Shown here piece by piece: positions 41,992 through 56,400 of a DNA stretch of 64,000 nucleotides. This DNA comes from Paraspadella gotoi (Eukaryota; Animalia; Chaetognatha): assembly GCA_051294375.1 (NCBI GenBank), contig CM119263.1:15726532-15790531 (forward strand), given 5' to 3'. A program made the translations under genes and the position numbers. Positions within the stretch are counted from its first letter, which is position 1, and each line of letters opens with the position of its first letter. The notes beneath the pieces are model-generated. The model searched no databases and had not been told where the DNA came from. It saw nothing but the letters and a program-made list of their open reading frames with translations.

Positions 41992-42824
41992 AAGGAAGAG
42001 AGAGAGAGAGAGACGCGTCAAGTGACAGGGCGAAGGCAGGGACAGTGACCAATACCGAAATCCGATCAACGCTTAATCCCAACGACGCATTTTAGGAGAC
42101 GAAGACTTAAGGCATGACGCGAAAGAGCGACAAGATCGAACGCGTCGAGGCAGATCCGCGCGGCGCGTTTTACGTAGAGTGTCGTGGCGCCCTTGGCGAA
42201 AAAGTGGGCGCCAGGCAGGGGTGGCGGGGGTGGTGTCCGCGATGGTCGTCGCAAACCCGAAGGACCGAATCGGGCTTATCGACCTTCGTCTGAGAGGACG
42301 CTTGATTTATCGAGTGGAGTTGGCGGACGCAACATATTGAGAAACGTCGTCGTCGTCGTCGTTGTAATCCTTGTTTTTATGATTGTTCTTAACATAATGC
42401 TGGCGATCGTTCCTGTCGAAACCGGTCAGTTTGAGATAAAAGAAGAACCGTTAGAAGAAAAGCGCTCGCGAAACATCGAGCGAGGCGGTGAGTTGAGAAA
42501 AGATGATTATGAGGATTATAGGTCTGGCGATAAAAGAGGAAGAAAATTGGATCATGATCATATCTCGGTTCTTGTTTGCAAGAAGCCTTGACGCAAATGA
42601 CGGTTATAATTAAATTTACATCAGGGTATTTATTAACAGAATTCAAGCTGGTAAATGTGGAAAAATGTGGCTGCTGAAAGTGATGGTATTGATAAGCTCG
42701 TTGAATTTGCCCAAAAAAGGATGAATCGAAAGGTTTTATTTCCTCACAGAAAAAAATGTGTTAATCGAAAGTCTATAAAAAATGTAACTTGGTTATTCAT
42801 CATTTTTTGAGTGAGGGTCGAAAA

Positions 42825-42884
<60 letters not shown>

Positions 42885-43441
42885 GAAAATGGAAAAGGGA
42901 ACTTTTGTAAAAAATGGGGGAAAAAATATTACCGTCGTGTCCTTCTTTCCCGATAATGAGTGTTCAATATTAGATCCTACAGTATTCAGGACGGGTCCCC
43001 CTTTCTATGGAAGAATGGCCCCTTTCCCTTTCCGGTTATAACTTACCCGTCGCTTGGAATTTGACAAATGATGAGACTGGGACGAAAACGGTTCGCGCCG
43101 GTTTTTTCCGCTCTCTCGACTTTGGCGCGAGATGAAGAGGAGAAACGGGAGGGAGATCGAGACAAAAAAGAGAGAGAGAATATTAAAAAATTAGGGTATA
43201 TACACTCATGTGCAAAAAAACAAAAAAACGCGCCACTTTTTAACTTTAAAATTCAGACATTTTATAAAACATTTTTAAAAAAATTATATAGCTATTATGT
43301 TATAATTCTTTTTTTTATTGTTATTACTTATTAGACTTGGTCTCTAAAAATTATTATTATTTAATATTATTTATTCTTTAAAAAAAGAATCAGTGTATAA
43401 AAATTTTGTTATTTGAGATTAAAGACGAAGTCTTGTTACAT

Positions 43442-43510
43442 CAACGATTTTATTTTATAGTACATACAAGTTTCGGCTTTCATTCAAGCCTTCATCAGCA
43501 CTTTAATCAC
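43442..43510 (-). ncRNA. Minimal hammerhead ribozyme-like motif (Penelope-type family copy)
   Basis: The minus strand reads CTGATGA-A-GGCTT-gaatga-AAGCC-GAAAC-TT-GTA, followed by the family motif ATAAAATCGTTG. Stem I pairing is weak. Confidence 0.6.
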
Positions 43511-43960
43511 AAAAATTTTATGGTAATTGGTCGAGTGGTTTAGGAGATATGATTTTTTAAACTTAAGTATTCTAAAAATGAGAAAATGAATTTTTATCTA
43601 AAACTCTATCATTCATGGTATGTTGATTAGAATTTAATGATTTTGGGTAATCTAGTTATTCATTATGGACAATCAATATAATGTTCCATTCTACTTCCGG
43701 TAAATTTTATCTGAGTCGTTGATCTGATTTTGATTCTGGGGTCTTGATTCCTCTGCGATGATCTATTACAAAGAATATAAAATATTTTTTAAAAAATATT
43801 TGTCCTAAATCTATCGGATATTTTTTTATTCAGCTTTGCTGAAAAGTAATTTATTTTTAAAAATGACTGCTCCTAAACAGATAGACTTATTTTAATAACA
43901 TTTATACCAAACTTATTATCTTTTAATAAACTTTTATTCACATTTAAATTTTTTTTAATT

Positions 43961-44105
43961 AAGAAAAAGTTTTATTAGATTTCAACAACGATTTGTTTTT
44001 ATTTCAAAAACATGTACGTTTATGAAATAAAACCAAATCATTGTTGAAATCAATTCAAACTTTTTTGTAATCAAACACACAACAAAAAAAATGATTATAC
44101 ACTAT
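43961..44105. repeat. Palindromic copy of the same Penelope-type family (ribozyme core lost)
   Basis: Hairpin GATTTCAACAACGATTTG..TTATTTCA / TGAAATAAAACCAAATCATTGTTGAAATC around AAACATGTAC. The tail TAATCAAACACACAACAAAA resembles the tails of the other copies. Confidence 0.6.
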
Positions 44106-44417
44106 AAATTAGTATATAATTAGTATTTAAAGTGATTTTTAAAGTCTGAAATAAAGTGGCGCGATTTTTTTGAACATGACTGTATTTCTTGATAAACGAT
44201 GATACAATTTTAATGTCTTTTCAATCTAATCCAATAAAAAATACAAAAATAGAATAATTTTAAAAAGGAACAAAATAAACGACGAAAATGAAAGAACAAC
44301 GACAACATTTGATAGAAACATGAAATCTATTTTACGGAACATCAAAGCGGGAACGAATAATTCATAGCCACTCGGAATGGGATTTCGCTTCGTTTCTCAA
44401 TTCGATTTCCAATGAGT

Positions 44418-44560
<143 letters not shown>

Positions 44561-45843
44561 ATCGTCGCCTCGTTCGAATCCGCCCTTCTTTCATCGCCGC
44601 CATGAAAATGTCCCGCCGCCGGTTTTTTATTTCCCTATTTTTTTAAAGCTTCCGACGGAATCTGTGATGCCCATCGCGTCACGCCTCTGTTTTTTTTCTT
44701 CTTTTACGTCAGTGTCTTTGTCGTCGGTTTTACATAGTGGCGTCTTGACAATGCCTTGATGGCATCATGATGTTGCACTATCAGGACAATTTTTAATGTC
44801 AAAGTAGTTCTTGATCCGAGAAACTTAAAAGCCCCTTCAGATTTGAATATGAAACAAATGAACAAAGCAATGGGATTGTAGTTTGTGGTTCAGAATTAAT
44901 AATTCCCCAGGAACCCAATTTCTAGGTCTAAGACATACACCAGACCTATCCCTCAGACCCCCTCTGTCCCCGCCCAAGTCCGCAGGTGCCCGCGGCCTTT
45001 TATCAGTCGTAAGATCTCTTCCATTTTTCCCGAATCCGCTTTCCCGGGGCTTCACTTCCTCACCATTAATTTGACAAGTAATTAAGAGGAAAGGGTCTTA
45101 ATGAAACTCGCCCGCGGGCTAGGATGGCGGCGGAGGAGGTGGCGCCGCGTGGTGGCGGAGGTAGGACCGGAGGGTGCAGGGTGAGGGCGCGGCGCTGTTG
45201 GCCAGCGACGCGGAGACGAAGGTAGACTCAGATTCGGCGGCGGCGGTGAGTCCTGCGGCGGCCACCGCGGTTCGGAATTCGCAGAAACAAAAAAAAAAAA
45301 AACATTAAAATTAAAACAAAAAACGATATGATGGATTCGAGGTTTATTCTGGCGAAACAAGAGAACAACGGAATGAATGAAGAGACGCTTTGTGTTGGCG
45401 ACTAAAAAAAAGGAACGAAAGGCAGTAAAACAAAAGCTCCTAATGAGCAACCGGAAATGAACGTGGCCGAGTCTCCGAATGATAGCTTTGAATGGGGTGG
45501 CCACCATTCGGAGGCAGACGAAGGATGAGTCAGATCTGCAGGGGGGGAGAGAAGCTGAGATCCTGACCCAAAAGGGGGAACCATCTGCCCAACAGTGGTA
45601 AGAGCCCGAACTGTACCTCCAAGCGTCAACTCCGATGTCGTGTTGCAGAACGTAATTTACCTGCCGAGTTTGAAACCGTGGTCTACGACCNNNNNNNNNN
45701 NNNNNNNNNNNNNNNNNNNNNNNNNNNNNNNNNNNNNNNNNNNNNNNNNNNNNNNNNNNNNNNNNNNNNNNNNNNNNNNNNNNNNNNNNNNNNNNNNNNN
45801 NNNNNNNNNNNNNNNNNNNNNNNNNNNNNNNNNNNNNNNNNNN

Positions 45844-45939
<96 letters not shown>

Positions 45940-46732
45940 TAGGTGAGGTTATGAGTTGAGGTGAGGGAGAAAGTTAAAAATATGCGCGTCGCAAAACTAT
46001 GAATTAAAGCGAAATTCAAATCCGATTCGTTTTGGCGATAGAGAAACTACGGTTTTCAGCGGAATCATGAAATTTCAACAAGATTGAAATAAACCATAAC
46101 ATTAGAACTGCACTAACAACAAACAAAGGACAGACAACCGCTTAAATTGCTTTCACCTCGTTTTATATGGCTGCAAATAAGAGGTTTTTATAACGTTTAG
46201 ATTGTGTAAATCTGCTTATCGCTAACATCGAATATTTGTTAAAAAAAAGGGTTTTGTACTAAAGAACAATGATATAAAGAAAATATTCGCATTAGCCAAT
46301 ATTTATACATAAAACTTACCATGAAAATGTCAAAATTTTAAAATAGTTTTTTATTAGTTTTGAAAGCAGTTAGCAGTTAGATAAAAAGTTTAAAAAATTT
46401 ATTTTGTAGACTAAAATTAAATTATAGGTTAAATATAACAGTTTTTTTTTAATTTTGACCCACTTAATGAAATAATTTTTTAAAAGGAATTATATTTCCT
46501 TTTATCAACTTGGATGTATCTTCTATNNNNNNNNNNNNNNNNNNNNNNNNNNNNNNNNNNNNNNNNNNNNNNNNNNNNNNNNNNNNNNNNNNNNNNNNNN
46601 NNNNNNNNNNNNNNNNNNNNNNNNNNNNNNNNNNNNNNNNNNNNNNNNNNNNNNNNNNNNNNNNNNNNNNNNNNNNNNNNNNNNNNNNNNNNNNNNNNNN
46701 NNNNNNNNNNNNNNNNNNNNNNNNNNNNNNNN

Positions 46733-46915
46733 TTCCATAATTTGGCGCGAAATTTTCACAATTTCACAATTTTCACAATTTTCAAACATGTCTGTTTTAT
46801 AATAAATAAAATCGTTGTTTGCTCAAAAACAAATCTCTTTGCTAATCAAAAACACAACGAAACGAAAGGAATATATCGAACTTTAACCCTAAATTCTTCC
46901 TAACTGGAACGCGTT
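46733..46915 (+). repeat. Family copy (AAACATGTC...AATAAAATCGTTG...CACAACGAAA), duplicated at 47778-47995
   Basis: The same sequence recurs with scattered indels at 47778-47995, across the 25-N gap. Confidence 0.7.
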
Positions 46916-46929
46916 TATAAGAACAGAGA

Positions 46930-47520
46930 ATGAGGACGTATGATTATACGAGTGTAGCTTAGAGAGAAGATTAAAACGAGATATTTCCCATCGGTCTACG
47001 AATTCAATGATATTTCCTTTAATTAGTAAGAATCTTTGTTGATACATTACTTTTGTTTGCCAAAAATACATTGTTTTTGTTTCTTTAAAATTAAAACTAA
47101 AAGCATTGCTACTACTATAGTTAGCACATATATCAATCATTTTTTTCATACAGAAATTGTTGGGAGATAAACAAAGCTATATCGTCAGCGTTAAAAAAAT
47201 GCTAGCAGCAAATTAAATTGATCTATATGCGCAACCAAAACCAGATTTTCGTATTAATATCAAGTCATCAACAAACTGCCCCACAGATAGGGACTTAAAA
47301 ATACCACCCTGACGAACCCCAGAAACAATAGAGAATAATCTGAAAAGATGTTCAGACCATCTACACCTACTGCGGAGATTAAAAGGGTACCAGTAAGTAA
47401 TAAGTCGTTAAAAAACATAAGGGAAATTTCTCTTTAATGGGAAAGTTTTTAGAGAAATAAACCATAATGGTTAAACCTTGTCAAATCCTTTGAGCAATCC
47501 ATGAATGTAGCAAACATCGC
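46930..47520 (-). mobile_element. Non-LTR retrotransposon (L2/CR1-like LINE) reverse transcriptase fragment
   Basis: Minus-strand reading with frameshifts gives 'FATFMDCSKGFDKV/NHYGLF', 'YWY', 'SIVSGVRQGGI/SPYL', 'FVDDL', 'RKSGFGC', 'ADDIAL', 'MIDICANY...SFNFKETKTM' and 'IEFVDRW'. These are non-LTR RT domains 3-7 in order. Confidence 0.9.
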
Positions 47521-47689
47521 TGCCCCCCCTCTCTCTCTCTCTTTCTCTCTCCATCTCTCTCTCTCTTTTCAAAAATTTCATTTATCCTAACAGTCTTAAC
47601 AATCTGTCTCGAACTTTACCCTGTCCTCACCTCTGGCACTATCCTTTCGGCTCAATTCTTTGTTGGAAACCTTTTTTGTCTTCTCTCTC

Positions 47690-47727
<38 letters not shown>

Positions 47728-47732
47728 CCTCT

Positions 47733-47774
<42 letters not shown>

Positions 47775-49504
47775 ACTTCCAGTAATTTGGCGCTGAAATT
47801 TCACATTTCACAATTTTCACAATTTTCAAACCATGTCTGTTTTATAATAAATAAAATCGTTGTTGCTCAAAAACAAATCTCTTTGCCTTAATCAAAAAAC
47901 ACAAACGGAAACGAAAAGGATGATATCGAACTTTAACCCTAAATTCTTAACCTNNNNNNNNNNNNNNNNNNNNNNNNNAACTGGAACGCGTTTATCAAAA
48001 TGTCTCTCTATTACATTTGCGAATAAAATTTTTAAATCAATTTATTTCTTGGTGAATCAGCTCTAATACATCAAAGATTACGCATTGTTAAGGTGAATGA
48101 ACTTTCCTCTTAACTCTACTCACTCTTACTACAGCGCCTCTACAAAACGGAAGAATTTTTGGCGCCGAAGCGTAAACCGTCGATCAGCGTCGAAATTTGA
48201 CGGCGCCCGGAGATGGCGGGAACGACGGGGGGGGCGGCTTCGAGACGCATTGGCGCGGAACGACACGGGAACGAGGAGCGAACTTGTAACGCCGCCTTGT
48301 AAAAAAGGGGCGTCGGAGGAGAAGCGGAGAGGAGTGCCGGATGGCAAGTGGCCTTTTAAAGCTGGCTTTTTAAGCTGGGAGTGGCAATCAGTGTCGTTGG
48401 CTTTGGTGGGCGTTAGTTGTCAAAGAAACTATTAAAAAATGAAGAAAAAAAATTTTATTGATGAGCTTTTCTTGAAGAAATTCATTGCCTTTTTTGGTTG
48501 TTTTTTTTTTTCCTTCGGTGTTAGCCTTCCGTTCATTCAACGTTCACCGGTCGTTCATCACTTCGTCTTCAACTCGTTCATCGTCTCTGACCCCAAATAA
48601 ATCTTGTTCTTCTCGATCAACACGACTTGCCTTCTTACCCGCGGGACCTTTCTCTTTCCGACAACGGATAAAACCTCCGACGATGAGCCCAGTCGATGAC
48701 TCCCTTTCCTCAAACCGCCCCGCCCGCCCGCGCGCCCATATTTTCCCGAACTTTCTCTTTCCTCCCTTCTCCCTTCCGGTTCGTCGGTTTTTATCGTCCA
48801 CGCGGGCGTCTTTCGTTCGCGACCAAAAACCCAAACATTTCCGCGAATCTTCGTAAAAATCCCGCGCGAATCCTTTTTCCGTCTCGTGAATCTCGGTCGG
48901 AGTGCGACCCCCTCCTCCCGTCCCTCCCTCTCCACCAAACGCTTCAAATTCCGCGAAAGGTTTGGCGCCGTGAGTTTCGACGCCGTTTTCGCGGGTTTAC
49001 TTTGGCGCCGTTTAGCGAATTTATGGAGGCCGCGGTCGATCCTGACGATAAAGTACAATATCGTTTGTTGGGTTCCGGTTTTGAAGGGAATCGTCGCTCG
49101 GATTGACCCGTTTGTCTTTTGTTTTTTTCTCGGGAGAAAACATAAAGAGCGCGTATTGTCTCTATTGGTGAAAAATTATTGTAAAATTAAATCTATGTTA
49201 TTTGATCTATTTTTTTTTTATCTCCCGCCTACGAGAAAGGCCATCACAATTCCGGGGGAAAAAAAACCGCAACCGTATCATTCTCATTCTCTCATTCCAC
49301 CCAGGGGATCAGATCCAAAGATGATAGTATTTACTCACCCCGACCATTTTTTTTATCTTTTTTTATTTATGTCTTCCTTCATCTTCCTATTTTATATCTT
49401 TCTTTTATCTTTTACATAACATCTTCTTTGCCCATTCTGTCTTCATCTTTCCTCGTCTATTCTTCTTTTCTTCTTTCCTTCCCGCTTCCTCTCTCTCTCT
49501 CTCT

Positions 49505-49564
<60 letters not shown>

Positions 49565-50849
49565 ATTACCTACACACACACGACCTCGCATTTTGATTTG
49601 CTGTCCGGGAGATGAGAGAAGAATTAAAAAGAGGAAAAACAAAAGAAGATGGTTGAAAAGAAAAAAGAAAAAAGAAAAAAGAAAGAGAGGAAACTTGCAA
49701 GAAGACGACAATCCTGACCGGAATATCCTACTCAATATGAATCGCATTATTGTTTTTTTTTTTTTTTAACATAAACACCCTGTGCCCTCTATTTCTCTGT
49801 CCTGGGCTTCTCCGCCCTCCCCTCCACCCGCCCTCATCTTCCAGATCCTCCTCCGCCGTCGGTGACCGCTTCGCCGCCCGTTGGCCACTTTCCGCCGCAT
49901 CCTTCGCCCATCTCTTTTTCCCTTTCCTTTTCCTTTTTTCTCCTTTTTCTCCTTTGATTTTCCTCAATCGCCCAGTATTTCATTAAGATTTTCCTTTGTT
50001 CCTTTTCTTCTTCGGTCCTCGCTCTACTCATGCCGTTTCTCCGCGACTTACCACACCCCCCCACGCCACTCCCCCCTCATTTTTCACTCAATCTACAATT
50101 TTTATTGTAATCCCTCACCCTCTTTCCTCCCATCTCTCGCCTTGACCTCTCACCTCGCTCATTTCTCATTCCTCTCTCTCTCTCTTTCTCTCCCATCAAA
50201 CCCAACCTCATTTCCCCTTCTTCCCTCCCGCTCCCCCGAGTTTTCTCTCTCTTTGTTCTGCTGATGTTTTTCTATTTTTGCTCTCAAATGGTAAGCGATA
50301 ACATTTTTGTGGACTGCCGCTGTGATATCGTGATTCAGATTTTTCTCATCTCGGGGAACCGTCAACGAGAACGTCTGTCTCTCTTTTTCTGTCTTGCTCT
50401 CTGTCTTTCTTTCTCTCTCCTCCCACTTCTTTTTCTTTTTCTTTCTTTCTTTCTTCTTTCTTTCTTTCTTTCTTTCTTTCTTTCACTCTCTCTCTCTCTT
50501 CTCTCTCTCTTTCTCTCTCTCTCTCCCTCTCTCTCTTTTTTCTATATCACTTAATCACTCTTAATCTCTATTTCATTAACGATCTCTTTTGTCTCGCTCC
50601 CACTTAAACTATTCCTTTCCTCTTAAACTCACCCTCTCCCTATCTCTCCATCCATTTGCCAATACTTATCCTTATCGCCTTAACGCACCCAAGGGCACAA
50701 TCATTTCCCAGTCGAAATTTAGATTTTATTAGATCGATTTTCTTCTTTCTGTTGTTTTTTCTTCTTTGTCTTTTTTCTTCTTTTTCTTGCGTCGTAAATT
50801 CTCTATCTCTTTCTCTGTATGACTTCCACCTCTTTCCCGTTCACTATTT

Positions 50850-50883
<34 letters not shown>

Positions 50884-51040
50884 NNNNNNNNNNNNNNNNN
50901 NNNNNNNNNNNNNNNNNNNNNNNNNNNNNNNNNNNNNNNNNNNNNNNNNNNNNNNNNNNNNNNNNNNNNNNNNNNNNNNNNNNNNNNNNNNNNNNNNNNN
51001 NNNNNNNNNNNNNNNNNNNNNNNNNNNNNNNNNNNNNNNN

Positions 51041-51076
<36 letters not shown>

Positions 51077-53487
51077 TCTAGGAGACGGATAAAGAATTAT
51101 TTCCTCTTCAATTTCTTCTTCAAAATCGCGAGAACGTGTTTCGAATTCCGTCCGCAAGGAGCGCTGTCTGAGGAAGTAGGGAGAAAACAAAAGAACACCC
51201 ATTGACTCTCTCTTTCTCTCCAGCAGATTGAAATCCCTTTTATCTTATTTCAAAAACTTTTTTTTCTGACTCCGCTAAACAATAAAAGATATTCTGGAAC
51301 AACAACGATGTCAAATGAAAAGAAATAGAAATTAAAAAACGAAATGAATTGCAGTTGAAAGGGGGATGGAAACGACCGCCTAAATCATTCTCGAATCGAA
51401 CAGTCTTCACCCCGACTTAATCATGACCCCGACTCAAAAAGAGAAGCGCTTCTAGATCTTGACCCCATGAACCGGGTGGCTAATAATAACCGGAAGCAAC
51501 GAATTCTTAATTCTTCTTTCATTGATATTCAGTCTTTTGTCTCTGCCTCTTGATGAGTCTTCGAAAAGTTCAAAGTTTAAAGGTCACATGGACCGATCGC
51601 TTTTGAAAATAGCGNNNNNNNNNNNNNNNNNNNNNNNNNNNNNNNNNNNNNNNNNNNNNNNNNNNNNNNNNNNNNNNNNNNNNNNNNNNNNNNNNNNNNN
51701 NNNNNNNNNNNNNNNNNNNNNNNNNNNNNNNNNNNNNNCCTTTCTTAATCCTTGATTAATGTGACGCAATCTCTCTCAATCTCCGGCCAGCCTAGGCGTC
51801 GAACCCATGGACCCCACCCATGACCTTGACCTTTGACCTCATCGCTAGCCCTGACCTTTCTCGTTAACCTCACCCTATTTTCACGTTCGTTCTCTCAGGG
51901 GAAGGTCTGTTTTCAATGACAAAAATGGCATCGATAAACTCTAATCGAAAATTTTAATTTATTAAAAAAATATCATTATACGAATTTCCTCATATTTTAC
52001 AAACAACCCCGTGGATAAACATACATGGGCAAACAGTCGAATACAGCATGAAATTGGTACAACCAATATAAAATAGAATATATATATGTGCTACAGAGTT
52101 CGAAATGCGGAGTGACGTCGTTTTTTACCCATCGGTTTCTGTTGTTTAAGGAGGAAAAAAGTGGGATTAAGAAATGAAGATAAAAGCCTCGAGAAAACTG
52201 AATAATAGAAACGACGACGACGACGACCACGACAAAAACGACGATAGCCTCCCGAACTTAATCACTTTTCCTTCCAAATTTGTCCCCGAAGACTGGAATT
52301 TTTTTTCCCTTTCCTCGATTTTTTCTTTTTTTTCCCCTTTTTTATTTCATTCTTTTTTTTAACACTTTACCTTCTTTTCTTTTTTTAAACTTCTCTTTCC
52401 TTTTTTTTAACTTTCCTCTCCTTTTTGGCTTAATTCGGTTTCTCCTTTTCTCCTCAATCTTTTTTTCTTCCACCAATTCTTTTTCTTTTTCTCATTTTTT
52501 CGGTTGTTACGCATTTTTTAACTCCTTCCAAGTCCCAGACCTTAGTAATCTTCGGTATTTCTCTCTCTCTCTCTCTCNNNNNNNNNNNNNNNNNNNNNNN
52601 NNNNNNNNNNNNNNNNNNNNNNNNNNNNNNNNNNNNNNNNNNNNNNNNNNNNNNNNNNNNNNNNNNNNNNNNNNNNNNNNNNNNNNNNNNNNNNNNNNNN
52701 NNNNNNNNNNNNNNNNNNNNNNNNNNNNNNNNNNNNNNNNNNNNNNNNNNNNNNNNNNNNNNNNNNNNNNNNNNNNNNNNNNNNNNNNNNNNNNNNNNNN
52801 NNNNNNNNNNNNNNNNNNNNNNNNNNNNNNNNNNNNNNNNNNNNNNNNNNNNNNNNNNNNNNNNNNNNNNNNNNNNNNNNNNNNNNNNNNNNNNNNNNNN
52901 NNNNNNNNNNNNNNNNNNNNNNNNNNNNNNNNNNNNNNNNNNNNNNNNNNNNNNNNNNNNNNNNNNNNNNNNNNNNNNNNNNNNNNNNNNNNNNNNNNNN
53001 NNNNNNNNNNNNNNNNNNNNNNNNNNNNNNNNNNNNNNNNNNNNNNNNNNNNNNNNNNNNNNNNNNNNNNNNNNNNNNNNNNNNNNNNNNNNNNNNNNNN
53101 NNNNNNNNNNNNNNNNNNNNNNNNNNNNTATTTTGAGGCGTTTTGGTCTTCTCAATATTTATCAAAATATTTTTTCAATTACTTTCCATCTTGATTATTC
53201 CTGATAGAAAGAGTTTATTGTATTTCTATGTTGTACCAATATATGAAGGAGAGAATATGCAATGGAGAGAGAGAACGAGGGAACGGCAAGAGAGGAAGAG
53301 GAGACGAAGACGTGAAAATTGACTCTGTAACTGAGTGAGTCAGTAAATGAATGTATGAATGTATGAATGAATAAATAAATGAATGAATGAATGACTGAAT
53401 AAATGAATGAATGAANNNNNNNNNNNNNNNNNNNNNNNNNAAGAGTCGGAAGATGGAGCAGATTGTTCGTGCAGGATATATGGGCGC

Positions 53488-56400
53488 GTGTCATCTAGCG
53501 CGCTCGAGTAGCGTTTGTTTAGTAGCAGGGCGTGCCTCATGGCCTCGAGGAAGAAACTACACGAGTAGTATCAGAATGTATTTGAGATTAACTGAGACGA
53601 GCTGAAGTAGATGGAACTACTAGTACTCATAGTAACATTTTTCTATGAGTAGAGTGTTTGCACGATTCGATACTCATCTTGAATGATAGACTGTTTGTAC
53701 CAATAACTAGTGTAATTTATTTGAAAAGCAGGGGCTAAACAACCTGACATATTATGATCAGTCCTGCGATCGTTATTGCGGAGTCAAAGAATCCCTTTCA
53801 TGTCTCGGCAATCAAAGTGATAATTGAAAGAATTATTAAATTCCGGAAACGCATCAAGAGATGACAAAAGCTTTATCTTCTCTTCTATTATCTCATTATT
53901 ATAATCTCATGTCTTCTTGGCTGAACCACTTCCTATTAATTAACATTTCAGTCTTATAAGTCACCTTTTTTCTTTAATTTTTCTAAAAAATTTCAGACTG
54001 CCTAAATCTCTTATAAACTCTCTAGCAATCTTTTTCTCCCTCGTGCTCTTCTTTTTCGCCGTTATTGCTCGAATACGATACCTGTGACACTTTAATGTTA
54101 TCTCTTTAACCGTTCAGCCACATCTCTTCCTATTTATCGACCCCTTTCTGACTTGTCCCCAAGTCAACACGGCTTCGAAAAACGTAGTTATCGGTTTTGT
54201 TATCACTACACTTTTCCATTGTCGAACGTGTTAAAGTCTCGTCTTCTATATAATATACAGTGCACGAGACAGAGCGAAGTATCCAGTTTTTGGCACGCTG
54301 TTTATGGGGATTATTTTGCGCATATCATAAACAAGCTAGCGCCTATGAGTATTGTTGTTTTGATCTATTCTCCGGTTCTATGTTTGGGTTATTGTGCAAT
54401 AAAGCATGTACGGACTTCGTTTTTTTTATGGAATATAGGGAAGATGAAGTAAGAGGAAGCCAGACAGAGGCAAGGTTAAGATGCAAGTGTGCGCGCCACA
54501 TTGGTAGAGAGTGTTTGTGTGTGAGATGGATCAGAGACGCCAACGATAGATTGCTATACACCCTTAAAATATGACGTTATAAGCATTCATATCATTTGGA
54601 GCGTAAATCGACATGAATATAATTTGGTGAGGAGTATAATCAATTAATGTTTCTAATAATTGGAATTCGTGAGCATAGAGAATCAAGTTAAATGTGAATT
54701 CTCTCTTGTAAAATACAATAAGAATATTGATAAAGTTGGAGGGATCTTATTGTGTAAATCTTGTCGCAGTAGATATTTCTAAATATTGTTATGGGAAACA
54801 TACAGGACTAGGAGGAGGAGCTATATATAAAAATACCTTGAGGTATAAAGATAGAAACACGCAGCAAATAAAATACTATATTTAACAAATAGCTATAAGG
54901 CTCAAAAAATAATAGGATACAGTAATTTACAATAAAATAATGCTTTCCCCATATAGACTGTAACAATTTCACAAAATTTGCCTTTCTTGACGTCAAGAGA
55001 AAACTTAGACGGTATTCAACCACTAACTCTTGTCTTCAGTAATTGCGCAAAGACAAGGAACCAAACCAATATAAAACAGCAGAGAAGAGATCTCGGATCA
55101 AGCTGAGTGAGAAGAGCAACCAGAGATCGCACATCGTCATCAAAACACGACATGTTGAACTAGAGCGCGACCCAAGTTATGAGGAACAGCTGCAGTATAC
55201 ACTTTTTACGGCGCACACAAACTCACCCATCTCGAGAGAAGACATACAATTAGCCATGCGACGGGATACTTCACGTCGATATCTCACTCTTTTGCATTGA
55301 CGTCACTAGGAGCCACACTTTCAACCTCTACGCACTCTCTGCGAATCTTGTGTGCATCTCTGCTCTCGCTCTCGCTTTTGTCTCAATTCGGTACTTTCTC
55401 TTTCATATTTCGATCGTCGATCGAGTCAAGCATCGATGTCTATGGATCTGAGAGATCTCGTCATCCGCAGGGAGTCATCGTCATCGTCGTGTCATGCTCA
55501 TCTTGTCAGTTCTCTCTCGTCGGATCTCATTCTTCTTCGGATCGGTCATCGAGAGAGCTGAGCTAGCACTGAACTGTGTCACGAGGATATGTATATATGA
55601 GAGAGAGATGATGAGTTTTTCCTTCCTTGCCGTCCTCGTTTGGAGCAAACGATTCAATATTATTTCTCCTTTTTCGTTCTTTTTTCCATAGAGATACTTT
55701 GCCTCCTTTCTTACCCAGTCTTTGTTTCCTCGCCTTCTTTCCCTCTGAGTGCCTCGGCTCGTTATCCTTGTCTTCTCGCTCCTCTTAATGTATTCTTGCT
55801 CTTTGTCTCGGCTCCTCGATTTAATTTGGTGCATGATGCACCTCGTCGTAGTCTTTTGAAGGTGTTCTCATTGCGTACGGGCCGAGATTCTGAGGAGTGT
55901 TATTGAAGAGAGATGAGAGAGAGTAGAGAGAGGCGAGAGAGGAGATGAGAGTAGATGATATTTGGAGAGAGAGGAGATGTGAGATGAGCATCCGTATGCG
56001 CATATCGCTTGCGGTCTGCATTTAAGATAGATGATCAGGTACATAGGGAAACCATGGGTTTTCTGCTGCTTCGCCCATTGGAATCGCAATGGAATTTTCA
56101 GCTCTTTTAGAGTCGAAGGAAAGAGGCGAGGAGGTCGAGGAAAGAGATGGGGCGAGAAAAAGATAGGAAGGCAGGAGACGGGGGCGGAGGTGTAGAGAGA
56201 GACGAGAGACAGGAGAGAGGAGAGAAACTTTTATGAGCGAGGGTAAGGAAAGACATTCAGAAACATTAAATTTTTTCCCTGAAAGGCGGGCCAATAAGGG
56301 GAAGGTCAATAATTTTAAAAACGAACCTGCTATTCTAAAATAAGGCGCCTCACGTTGGGAACCTTCGTTCCGTTCATTCATATTCAAATGTCATTTCTTC

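Larger units (their letters stand above)
43203..44182. mobile_element. Non-autonomous Tc1/mariner-type element (MITE)
   Basis: Left end TA|CACTCATGTGCAAAA..CGCGCCACTTT..TTCAGAC. The reverse complement of the right end is TA|CAGTCATGTTCAAAA..CGCGCCACTTT.TTCAGAC. TA dinucleotides lie at 43201-02 and 43183+1000 (44183-84). The interior is AT-rich and non-coding. Confidence 0.75.

Noticed and set aside
54255-54300. TACAGTG as a Tc1 terminus
   Set aside because: No matching opposite TIR or transposase motifs were found in the noisy sequence.
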